Source: Candidatus Iainarchaeum sp.
GTDB taxonomy: Archaea; B1Sed10-29; WALL01
Direction: 5' to 3'
Assembly: GCA_023129115.1 (NCBI GenBank)
Contig: JAGMCR010000014.1
Span: 1 to 24,175 of the forward strand
DNA: 24,175 nucleotides
The first letter of the stretch is position 1. Each line of letters begins with the position of its first letter. Shown here piece after piece: positions 16,437 to 24,175 of the stretch. The notes beneath the pieces were generated by a model. It had not been told where the DNA came from, did no database searches, and saw only the letters and a program-made list of their open reading frames with translations. Both the position numbers and the translations under genes were made by a program.

Positions 16437-16700
16437 GTGCCCAAGTGCATCAACTGCGAGAAGGACGCTGTCATGTTCTGCGCGAACTGCGGGCAGCCGA
16501 TTTGCGCGACTCATACTGTAGAAGGCAGGTACTGCACCAGGGAGTGCTACACCATGCACGCGGTCTCCAGGGGCGAGGGAAAGGTTAACCACAGCAAGGA
16601 CGTCGCCAAGAGGAGCCAGACCGTCCTCATGCTGGGCGTGTCCGCGCTGCTGCTAATCGCCATAGTGGCAATCTGGCTCTTTTGGTACGGGGGATTCTAG
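16437..16700 (+). CDS. Tail-anchored zinc-finger protein (B-box/AN1-like)
   Basis: CxxC-x7-CxxC-x4-CxxH-x6-CxxxC followed by a C-terminal TM helix. Confidence 0.7.
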   Translation: MPKCINCEKDAVMFCANCGQPICATHTVEGRYCTRECYTMHAVSRGEGKVNHSKDVAKRSQTVLMLGVSALLLIAIVAIWLFWYGGF

Positions 16701-16702
16701 GC

Positions 16703-18400
16703 ATGAAGCTCATTGCGCTTCACTCTGACTTCATCGAGTTCGAGCCGAAGAAAAAAGCGGTGAAGTCGGCGGAGGAGACAGAGAAGGCCAAGAAGCGCGT
16801 CGAGGACTGCCTGGTCGTGTTCACTTCGATTGAGAAGGGCGACGAGGCCGGGCTCGAGAGCGTTGTTGCGCAGGCAGTGGACAGCGTCAAGGACATCGCC
16901 GCGCAGGTAAAGGCCAAAAAAGTCGTGGTCTACCCGTGGGTCCACCTCACCTCGAACCCGTCGTCGCTCGACGCGGCGCGCCAGGCCCTTTCAATGTTCC
17001 AGAAGGCGCTTTCCAAGGAATTTGAATGTATCCTTGCCCCCTTTGGGTTCTATAAAAAGTTCAACATCTCGGTCAAGGGCCATCCGCTCGCCGAGCTGTC
17101 GCGCGAAATCACGCCCACGTCCACGAAGGCCATGAAATTCGACGCGGCAAAGGCATTGCACTCCATCTCAAAAGCAGTCCTGAGCAAGAGCGAGCTCAAG
17201 GAAAACGACCACCGCATCATCGGCCAGAACCTGGACCTGTTCAGCTTCTACAACGTCGCGCCCGGCATGGTGTTCTGGCACCCGAAAGGCCTAGTAATAT
17301 ACAACGAGCTAATAAAGTTCTGGCGCGAGGAGCACCGCAGCGCGGGCTACCAGGAAATCTCGACGCCGGAAATCATGAGCGACGTATTGTGGAAGGTGTC
17401 GGGGCACTGGGAGCACTACAAGGACCACATTTTCATCACCGAGTACGACAAGCGCCCGTTCGTGGTCAGGCCCATGAACTGCCCCGGCGGTCTGCTGGTG
17501 TACAAGTCGCGGGCGCGCAGCTACAAGGAATTGCCGATGCGTGTGGGCGAGCTTGGGACGGTCCACCGCGTTGAACTGTCGGGCGTACTGTCCGGGCTAT
17601 TCCGCGTCGTCAAGTTCATGCAGGACGACGCGCACATCTACTGCACCGGGGAGCAGCTCGAGGACGAGCTCGCTGGCGTCCTTGACCTGACGGAAAGGAT
17701 TTACGCGCCGTTCGGCTTCAAGTGCGAAGTGGAGCTGTCGACCCGCCCCAAGAAAGCAATGGGCGAGAAAAAAATGTGGGACCGCGCCGAGGCCGCGCTC
17801 GAGTCAGTGCTCAAGAAAAAGAAAGTGAAGTACAAGCTCAACGAGGGAGAGGGCGCGTTCTACGGCCCGAAAATTGACTTCCACGTCAAGGACTCGCTCG
17901 GCAGGAGCTGGCAGCTCGGCACGCTCCAGCTGGACTTCCAGATGCCGGAGCGCTTCAACCTCACTTATATCGGCGAGGACGGCAAGGAGCACACGCCAAT
18001 CATGCTGCACCGCGCGCTCTACGGCTCGTTCGAGAGGTTCATCGGCGTGCTGCTTGAGCACTTGAACGGCAACCTGCCGCCGTGGCTCGCGCCAGTCCAG
18101 GTGAAGGTAATCTCGTTCAGCGAAAAGAACGACAAGGCCAGCCAAAAACTCGGGGGGCAGCTGTTCGGGCTCGGCTACCGCGTCGAGGTCGACACAAGCT
18201 CCGGCACGGTCCAGGCAAAGGTCCGCGACGCAGAGCTACAGAAAATCCCGTACATAATCGTCATCGGAGACAAGGAAGAGAAGAGCAAGACGCTCGCCGT
18301 CCGCACCCACGGCGCGAAGAAGGCCGAGTTCGGCATAAAGTTCGAGGACTTCGAGAAGAGGCTCAGGCAAAAAGTAGAGTCCCGCGAGCTCAAGCCCTAA
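16703..18400 (+). CDS. thrS: Threonine--tRNA ligase (archaeal-type editing domain plus bacterial-type catalytic core)
   Basis: N-terminal MKLIALHSDFIEFEP..VYPWVHL..APFGFYKKF..KGHPLAELSR. Core DHR..PGMVFWHPKG, RPMNCP, QDDAH, AFYGPKID, HRALYGSFERF and PPWLAP. Confidence 0.97.
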   Translation: MKLIALHSDFIEFEPKKKAVKSAEETEKAKKRVEDCLVVFTSIEKGDEAGLESVVAQAVDSVKDIAAQVKAKKVVVYPWVHLTSNPSSLDAARQALSMFQKALSKEFECILAPFGFYKKFNISVKGHPLAELSREITPTSTKAMKFDAAKALHSISKAVLSKSELKENDHRIIGQNLDLFSFYNVAPGMVFWHPKGLVIYNELIKFWREEHRSAGYQEISTPEIMSDVLWKVSGHWEHYKDHIFITEYDKRPFVVRPMNCPGGLLVYKSRARSYKELPMRVGELGTVHRVELSGVLSGLFRVVKFMQDDAHIYCTGEQLEDELAGVLDLTERIYAPFGFKCEVELSTRPKKAMGEKKMWDRAEAALESVLKKKKVKYKLNEGEGAFYGPKIDFHVKDSLGRSWQLGTLQLDFQMPERFNLTYIGEDGKEHTPIMLHRALYGSFERFIGVLLEHLNGNLPPWLAPVQVKVISFSEKNDKASQKLGGQLFGLGYRVEVDTSSGTVQAKVRDAELQKIPYIIVIGDKEEKSKTLAVRTHGAKKAEFGIKFEDFEKRLRQKVESRELKP

Positions 18401-18433
18401 AGCCTTTTAAGGAGGGGCACTGTTTTTGTTCAC

Positions 18434-18556
18434 GTGGGCTTCGCCGAGAACCTGACAAAGTTTTCTGCCCTCGTGGCAGTCGCCGGCGTAGTGATTTTTG
18501 TCCTGATGGTGCTCGTCTTTTTGGCGAGAATAGCCCTCCAAGCCCTTTTGGGGTAA
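18434..18556 (+). CDS. 40-aa single-TM microprotein (not in ORF track)
   Basis: GTG-started MGFAENLTKFSALVAVAGVVIFVLMVLVFLARIALQALLG*. TATA-like TTTTAAG lies about 23 nt upstream, and the ORF fills the thrS-ATPase gap. Confidence 0.6.
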   Translation: MGFAENLTKFSALVAVAGVVIFVLMVLVFLARIALQALLG

Positions 18557-18602
18557 GTATTTAAATGTCGGTCGCATTATTAGCCTTGCTAGAGGCAGAA
18601 AT

Positions 18603-20261
18603 ATGGGCTATCTTGACGGCTTGATGCATCGGACGAAGAAGCCAGAAGACGAAAAAAAGCCAGCTCCCGCTCCAACGGGGAAAGGCGCTCCCATCCCAAC
18701 AGGGGGGGCGCCAACTGGCGCCCCCCCCAGTGCTGCTGCCGGTGTAGCCAAGGCTGCCACTCCAGCTGCCGCCGCTCCAGAGCCAGTCCCTACTCCCGTT
18801 GCCCCCGCTGCCAAGCCCGCTCCTGTCGAGCCGGACCTGGGGCAGCTGGTCGCCGAGTCGGGCGTGGCAAGGATTTACAGGTCCCCGAGCGGCACCATGG
18901 TCTACAGCGTGCCGGTCCCGAGGCCGACTGGCCCGGAGCGCCAGATTCTTGACACCATCAAGGAGGCGGCGACGCGGTTGATTACGGTGACTCCCGAGGA
19001 AATCGCGGACGCGGACGAGCGGCGCGAGTTCTTCAAGAAAAGGGTCCTCGAAATCATCGAGGCGTCGCCCGAGCTTGGGGTGGCGCCCACCAAGATTGAC
19101 TTTTACGCGGACACCATTGTGCGGGAAATGATTGGCTACGGCTCGCTCGACCTGCTGCTCGTGGACGACCAGCTGGAAGAGATAATGGTGCTTGGCCCGC
19201 ACCGGCCTGTCTACATATTCCACCGCCAGCACGAAATGATTCCAACGAACGTCGTGTTCGGCAGGGACGACGACATCCGCGCCATCATCGACCGCATCGC
19301 CCGCGACGTCGGCCGAAGGATTGACGTGAAGGACCCGCTGCTGGACGCGCGCCTGCCGGACGGCTCTCGCGTGAACGCGACCATTCCCCCAATCTCGCTG
19401 GAGGGCTCGACAATCACAATCCGGAAGTTCCGGGAGGACCCGTTCACTGTGGTGGACCTGATTAAGTTCGGGACGCTGAACTCGGACCTCGCGGCGTTCC
19501 TGTGGATTGCGGTCGAGGGCATGAAGGCCAAGCCCGCGAACATCCTGGTGAGCGGCGGCACTGGCTCGGGGAAGACGACGACGCTGAACACTCTGGCAGG
19601 GTTCATCCCGCGGACCGAGCGCATCCTCACGATGGAGGACACCGCGGAGATAAAGCTCCCGATAAAGCACTGGATTCGGTTCGAGACGAGGCCGCCGGGC
19701 ATCGAGGGCACCGGCGAGGTCACGATGGACACGCTGGTCAAGAATTCGCTGCGCATGAGGCCGGACCGCATTGTCGTGGGCGAGGTCCGTGGCTCCGAGG
19801 CCTCCACGCTGTTCACTGCGATGAACACTGGGCATGATGGTAGCTTAGGCACGGTGCACGCGAACGACGCGAGGGAGACGCTGGTGCGGCTCAAGAGCCC
19901 GCCGATGGACGTGCCCGAGCTCATGCTCGCGGCGCTGAACCTGATTGTTGTGCACAAGCGAATCCATGACCGCCGCAAGGGCACCATCCGCAGGGTTACC
20001 GAGGTCGCCGAGGTGACGGGGGTGCTCGAGGGCAACCCGCAGCTGATTTACCTCTACGAGTGGGACGCTGCGACAGACATAATCAAGCCGACGGGCGTGC
20101 CGAGCAAGTACTTGAACGAGCTGAGCAAGTACACGGGCCTGTCGCATACCGAGCTGCAGGCCGAAATCACCCGCCGCAAGGGGTTCCTCGAGCAGCTCGT
20201 GGAGCAGGACATGAAGGGCATCGACACGGTGTGCGGCAAGATTCACCAATTTGCTGGATAG
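18603..20261 (+). CDS. Type IV pilus / secretion ATPase (CpaF/TadA/VirB11 family)
   Basis: Walker A GGTGSGKTT, Asp box EDTAE, LRMRPDRIVVGEVRG and His box MNTGH..TVHA. Pro/Ala-rich N-terminal linker. Confidence 0.96.
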   Translation: MGYLDGLMHRTKKPEDEKKPAPAPTGKGAPIPTGGAPTGAPPSAAAGVAKAATPAAAAPEPVPTPVAPAAKPAPVEPDLGQLVAESGVARIYRSPSGTMVYSVPVPRPTGPERQILDTIKEAATRLITVTPEEIADADERREFFKKRVLEIIEASPELGVAPTKIDFYADTIVREMIGYGSLDLLLVDDQLEEIMVLGPHRPVYIFHRQHEMIPTNVVFGRDDDIRAIIDRIARDVGRRIDVKDPLLDARLPDGSRVNATIPPISLEGSTITIRKFREDPFTVVDLIKFGTLNSDLAAFLWIAVEGMKAKPANILVSGGTGSGKTTTLNTLAGFIPRTERILTMEDTAEIKLPIKHWIRFETRPPGIEGTGEVTMDTLVKNSLRMRPDRIVVGEVRGSEASTLFTAMNTGHDGSLGTVHANDARETLVRLKSPPMDVPELMLAALNLIVVHKRIHDRRKGTIRRVTEVAEVTGVLEGNPQLIYLYEWDAATDIIKPTGVPSKYLNELSKYTGLSHTELQAEITRRKGFLEQLVEQDMKGIDTVCGKIHQFAG

Positions 20262-20265
20262 CCAT

Positions 20266-21537
20266 ATGGCAGAGATAAGGAAAATCATAACCGCCGAGGA
20301 GAAGGCGCGCAAGAAGGAAGAGGAGCGCAAGAAGCGGCTTGGCCGCGTCGAGGTGGAAAAGCTCCCCTCCCGGGAATACGAGCACGCCAAGGTAGACGAC
20401 ATCGTATCACGGATGAAGCAGCGCTTCGAGGCGAGGGGCTACGGCAAAAAAGAGGGCAGGGGCGCCGAGCTGAAGAAAAAGGTCGCGGGCAAGCGCGTGT
20501 TCGCCCTGGACCAGCGCCAGGCCAAGGAGCTCGTGTTCGCGAAGGACGGCTTCGCCCGGCTCGTGGGCAGGCTTTACTCGACCCTTCCATTCCTGGACGC
20601 ATTGACGGACCGGTTCTCGAAGTACAGCATGGCGAAGCGCGTCCCCTACGACCTGGACAAGGCCAACATGAACTACAGCGCGAGGCAGTACGTCAGCATG
20701 GCGGCAATCGCGTCGCTGTTCGCGTGGGGGTTCTCGCTCGTCCTGATAATCGCGCTTTCAGTCACGGCGTTTTCTTCTAGCGTGTCCGAGCTCGCGGGGC
20801 AGGTGGCCTCGCCGAACACTCCGCTCGTCGCCGCCTTGGTGGCGCAGGGCGTTGATGCGCCCATGATTCTGATGGGCGTGACTGTCCTGCTGCACCTGGC
20901 GCTGGCGTTCCTCCTGTCCTTCGCTGCACTGGTGTTCGCGATGCTTGTGGCGTTCCAGTGGCCGACGAACAGGGCGATGAAGCGCGGGAAGGCGATTGAC
21001 AAGGAGATGCCGTTCGCGCTCAGGCACATGGCGACGGAAATAAAGGCGGGAATCGGAATCCACAAGACCATGGAGAGCATTGTGGAGGCGGGGTACGGCG
21101 AGCTCAGCGTCGAGTTCGACCGCACTTTGCGGGACATTGACAAGGGCGTGAGCACCGAGGACGCGCTGCTGGCCATGAGCGAGCGGGCGCCCTCGGACAA
21201 CCTGTCGAAGTCTGTTATGCACATGGTCCGCACGCTCAAGACCGGTGGAAATTTGTCCGAAATCATTTCCACAATCGCGAACGAAGTGGCTTTCGAGCTG
21301 CGGATGAAGATGCGGGACTTCGTGGAGCGGCTGAACCTGATTGGGCTCTTTTACATGATGATTGGCATTGTTGCTCCGGTCTTCGTCGCGATTCTCGCGG
21401 GCATACTGAACGCAGTCCCGACGATTGGGTTGGCTGGGGTGCTCGGCACCGAAGTGCTTTTCCTGATTTACTTCGTGCTTATCCCGATGGCGCTCTCGCT
21501 GATACTGTACGTAATCAAAGTAATGCAGCCGATGTGA
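20266..21537 (+). CDS. Type IV pilus membrane platform protein (T2SS F / TadB-C-like)
   Basis: IDKEMPFALRHMATEIKAG, YGELSVEF and KTGGNL, with multiple TM helices. Confidence 0.92.
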   Translation: MAEIRKIITAEEKARKKEEERKKRLGRVEVEKLPSREYEHAKVDDIVSRMKQRFEARGYGKKEGRGAELKKKVAGKRVFALDQRQAKELVFAKDGFARLVGRLYSTLPFLDALTDRFSKYSMAKRVPYDLDKANMNYSARQYVSMAAIASLFAWGFSLVLIIALSVTAFSSSVSELAGQVASPNTPLVAALVAQGVDAPMILMGVTVLLHLALAFLLSFAALVFAMLVAFQWPTNRAMKRGKAIDKEMPFALRHMATEIKAGIGIHKTMESIVEAGYGELSVEFDRTLRDIDKGVSTEDALLAMSERAPSDNLSKSVMHMVRTLKTGGNLSEIISTIANEVAFELRMKMRDFVERLNLIGLFYMMIGIVAPVFVAILAGILNAVPTIGLAGVLGTEVLFLIYFVLIPMALSLILYVIKVMQPM

Positions 21538-21538
21538 T

Positions 21539-22396
21539 ATGGGCATATACCAGGACTACCGCAAGGCCGTGAAGTACGTGAACCCGTCGCTTGAGGCGGA
21601 CTTCGTGATAGGCGTGGCCATGTTCGCCTCGGCGGTGGCCCTGATGTACCTGGGCCTGTTCGTGGACCTCGTGCTCGGGGGCCTGGTAGCCATAATGGTC
21701 TTCGACGTGGCGCTTGGCTATCCCATGTTCATGCGGGACAAGCGCATTACCCAGATAGAGACGACGCTGCCGGACGTGCTCTCGCACATGTCGACGAGCC
21801 TGCGCGCCGGGGCGACCGTGGAGTCCGCGCTGAAGGAGGTCGCCGGCTCGGGCTATGGCCCCATCAGCATCGACCTGCGGAACATGCTTCGTGAAATCAA
21901 CGAGGGCAAGACGTTCGAGGAGGCGTTCCTGGACTTCGGGAGGCGGACCGAGTCCATTACCGTGCAGCGGAGCGTGAACGTGATTGTGTCGGCCAAGCGG
22001 ACGGGGGGCGGCCTCGTGGACGCGCTCTCGAGCATCGCTGACGACATGCGCCAGAACATGCGCCTGTTCAAGGAGCGGCGGGCAAAGACGATGGTGCAGG
22101 TGCTCTTCATAGTGATTGCGGCGAACTTCGTGGGGCCTTTCATCTTCGGGCTCGTGGCTGGCATAATCCTGTTCCTCGCGAGCATCAGCGGCGAGCCGCC
22201 CGCGCTTTTCGGCACCCTGATTTTCTACTTCAAGGGCTACCTCGTGGTGTCGGCATTGTTCTCGGCGCTGGCCGCGTCAATGATTCGCGAGGGCAACGTG
22301 ACCAAGACCGTGATTTACGCGCCCGTACTCCTCGTGATTTCGTACGTAATCTTCGTTGCCGTGAACTATATGGCGAATGCGTTCTTCGTGGTCTAA
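21539..22396 (+). CDS. Second type IV pilus membrane platform protein (T2SS F / TadC-like)
   Basis: IETTLPDVLSHMSTSLRAG, GYGPIS and RTGGGLVDAL, with multiple TM helices. Confidence 0.92.
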   Translation: MGIYQDYRKAVKYVNPSLEADFVIGVAMFASAVALMYLGLFVDLVLGGLVAIMVFDVALGYPMFMRDKRITQIETTLPDVLSHMSTSLRAGATVESALKEVAGSGYGPISIDLRNMLREINEGKTFEEAFLDFGRRTESITVQRSVNVIVSAKRTGGGLVDALSSIADDMRQNMRLFKERRAKTMVQVLFIVIAANFVGPFIFGLVAGIILFLASISGEPPALFGTLIFYFKGYLVVSALFSALAASMIREGNVTKTVIYAPVLLVISYVIFVAVNYMANAFFVV

Positions 22397-22399
22397 TGC

Positions 22400-22441
22400 G
22401 AAACGTTTATAAATGCGCTCTCTTTAACCGTATCCGGAGGT
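22400..22441 (+). promoter_or_regulatory. BRE/TATA promoter and Shine-Dalgarno of probable major pilin
   Basis: GAAACG-TTTATAAA at 22400-22413 and GGAGGT at 22436-22441. Confidence 0.7.
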
Positions 22442-22442
22442 A

Positions 22443-22778
22443 ATGGTGATGAGGAAAGGTCAAGGCTCTCTTGAATACCTGCTCATACTAGCGGCCATTC
22501 TGGCCATCGCAGTGGTAGTTGTAGTCGTAGCGAACTCGCTCATGAGCGCTCCGCGGGAGACCGCAGCGCTTGAGGAAGACAAGTACAAGTGCGGCCTGCA
22601 GGGCATAGTGCTCGAGGACTACACCGAAGTCGGCACGGTCACCGGTGTTACTTACAACGGCAACCCCTGCACCCCGGTAACGTCCATCACTGGCGCGGAC
22701 GCCAAGTGCACGCTCGGCGACGGCACGACGCTTGAAGTAAAGAAAACGGGCTCAACGACGTGCGAGTACTCGGATTAG
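22443..22778 (+). CDS. Class III signal peptide pilin (probable major pilin)
   Basis: RKG^QGSLEYLLILAAILAIAVVV with Gln+1/Glu+5 and 4 Cys. The true start may be the ATG at 22449. Confidence 0.9.
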   Translation: MVMRKGQGSLEYLLILAAILAIAVVVVVVANSLMSAPRETAALEEDKYKCGLQGIVLEDYTEVGTVTGVTYNGNPCTPVTSITGADAKCTLGDGTTLEVKKTGSTTCEYSD

Positions 22779-22798
22779 GGGGCAGCCCCCCCTATTTT
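22776..22798 (+). terminator. Hairpin plus T-tract after pilin
   Basis: TAGGGGG-CAGCC-CCCCCTA-TTTT. Confidence 0.55.
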
Positions 22799-22823
22799 AT
22801 ATCACTAGCGCCTAGTGCTATCC

Positions 22824-23006
22824 ATGCGCTTGCTTCGTGAGGAACGGGCACAGACCAGCCTGGAATACCTTTACCTCACTGCTTTTGTCATCGGCCTCGC
22901 GGCCATTACTGCGGTGCTGGTGACCGACGTCATGAACATCCAGGCCCAGGCCCGCGACAGGGTCGCCGATATCCGGGACAGGCTGATAGGCAAGCTCACG
23001 GACTGA
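22824..23006 (+). CDS. Short (Flp-sized) class III signal peptide pilin
   Basis: ERA^QTSLEYLYLTAFVIGLAAI; 60 aa. Confidence 0.8.
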   Translation: MRLLREERAQTSLEYLYLTAFVIGLAAITAVLVTDVMNIQAQARDRVADIRDRLIGKLTD

Positions 23007-23012
23007 ATTCCC

Positions 23013-23891
23013 ATGCCAAACATGCTTCTTGCCTTGGCAGGGCTCGCCCTTGCCTCGCTCACTGACCTGCGGGAAAGGATTGTGCCGGACTGGCTGAGCT
23101 ACTCAATGATTGGCGCTGGGCTGGCCTACCACGCGGGCCTTTCTGTCATGCACTGGAGCGCTGCCCACTTCGTGCTTTCCCTTATTTCCACGGCATTGGC
23201 GTTCGCGTTCGGCTACGCTTTGTGGCGCGTGGGCGCGTGGGCCGGCGGGGACGTGAAATTGTTCACGGGCATCGGCGCGCTCGTGCCGCTATTGTTCCCG
23301 TACGTCGCCTTCCTTAATTCCATAGTCCTCTCGTTCCCGTTCCTGATGCTCTTTGTCTTTTTCCGCACCGCGACTGTGCCAGCCTTACACAAGCTCTTTT
23401 CCCGCATGCTCGTGCGCGGCACGAAGCGGGGCTTTGGGCTTGCCGCGCTTGGGCTGGCGCTCGGCTTCGTGATGAACCCCTTGTTTGGCGTGCCGGAGGC
23501 CGTTGCTGTCGTTGGCTCGTCGCTTTTCGTGGCCATGTTCTGGGAAGTGCTTTCGTATGGCCGCCGCGAGGCGCTCCGCAGGCGCGTCCCGGTGTCGGGG
23601 CTGGAGGAGGGCATGATTTCTGCTGAGTCGCTTTATGTCGAGAAGGGGAAAGTCAAGCATTTTTCCCCCACGCTCTTGCAGAAGCTCACTCTTTTCGAGC
23701 CGAAGAATACTGTTGCCTCGATGTACTTGGCGGGCGGCCTCGAGAAGAAAGAAATCACTGCCTTGCGGCGCTATGGCGTGAAGTCTTTGTGGGTGAGGGA
23801 GGGCATGCCAATGGTGCCAGTGCTTTTCGCGGGGGCACTGGTTGCCGCCTTATTCGGCAACCTTGCTTTAATGCTTTTTGAGCTCTTTTGA
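23013..23891 (+). CDS. A24 family prepilin peptidase (EppA/PibD-like)
   Basis: Both catalytic Asp motifs (ASLTDLRERIVPD and WAGGDVKLF), plus LEEGMI and PMVP. Confidence 0.93.
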   Translation: MPNMLLALAGLALASLTDLRERIVPDWLSYSMIGAGLAYHAGLSVMHWSAAHFVLSLISTALAFAFGYALWRVGAWAGGDVKLFTGIGALVPLLFPYVAFLNSIVLSFPFLMLFVFFRTATVPALHKLFSRMLVRGTKRGFGLAALGLALGFVMNPLFGVPEAVAVVGSSLFVAMFWEVLSYGRREALRRRVPVSGLEEGMISAESLYVEKGKVKHFSPTLLQKLTLFEPKNTVASMYLAGGLEKKEITALRRYGVKSLWVREGMPMVPVLFAGALVAALFGNLALMLFELF

Positions 23892-24047
23892 GTATTGCTC
23901 GAGGAGTATTTTCCTTATGACGGCCGGGGCTTTTTCGTTGTTGAATATGTCTTCGTGCTCTCTTATGGCGAGTGCTGCGTCGGGGAATGGCTGTGTGTAG
24001 AAGGCGTCTTTCTGGAGGATTAGGCTGAATATGTAGATGAGCTGCAC
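23868..24047 (-). CDS. Possible 59-aa ORF or C-terminal gene remnant
   Basis: GTG-QLIYIFSLILQKDAFYTQPFPDAALAIREHEDIFNNEKAPAVIRKILLEQYSKELKKH*. Overlaps the peptidase stop and the end of the upstream pilin. Confidence 0.35.
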   Translation of the reverse strand: MQLIYIFSLILQKDAFYTQPFPDAALAIREHEDIFNNEKAPAVIRKILLEQYSKELKKH

Positions 24048-24175
24048 TCGATAATGTCCAGGGACACGCCCCGCTGGTCCATAGGCGCCGCGAGCACCGA
24101 ATTTATAATCATCAGCACTCCCGCAATCAAGCCCATCACGGCGATGGCGATAAGCAAGTACTCAGTCGCTCCCTG
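24020..24175 (-). CDS. Class III signal peptide pilin, 5' partial
   Basis: Manual translation from the window edge: QGATEYLLIAIAVMGLIAGVLMIINSVLAAPMDQRGVSLDIIECSSSTYSA*. Confidence 0.75.
   Translation of the reverse strand, partial: QGATEYLLIAIAVMGLIAGVLMIINSVLAAPMDQRGVSLDIIECSSSTYSA

Noticed and set aside
18561-19835. Long antisense ORFs (424 aa here; also 14597-15652, 2114-2953, 6249-7025 and others)
   Set aside because: Shadow frames of well-supported genes in GC-rich DNA with no recognisable motifs.
1-24175. CRISPR array, transposase, integrase, rRNA or tRNA
   Set aside because: No regularly spaced repeats, mobile-element proteins or stable-RNA signatures were seen, and intergenic gaps are short.

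Overview
GC-rich, gene-dense archaeal chromosomal segment. TATA/BRE promoters, a class I CCA enzyme and class III signal-peptide pilins indicate an archaeon; a DPANN-like lineage is inference only. The window holds housekeeping genes (cca, thpR, elp3, thrS, nadA, CYTH, EamA), a type IV pilus locus (ATPase, two TadB/C-like proteins, pilins, A24 peptidase) and an unusual anaerobic ribonucleotide reductase neighbourhood. In that neighbourhood nrdD is split: the glycyl-radical loop is a separate 47-aa ORF, missed by the ORF track, with its own Shine-Dalgarno. Nearby are an intact NrdG, an NrdG paralogue without the Fe-S motif and an uninterrupted second NrdD-like ORF with tandem ATP-cones but no recognisable catalytic residues. 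A TTCG-N5-CGAA palindrome occurs in both the nrdD and the pseudo-nrdD/lrp promoter regions, and four abutting hairpins follow the pseudo-nrdD. No rRNA, tRNA, CRISPR array or mobile element was recognised.
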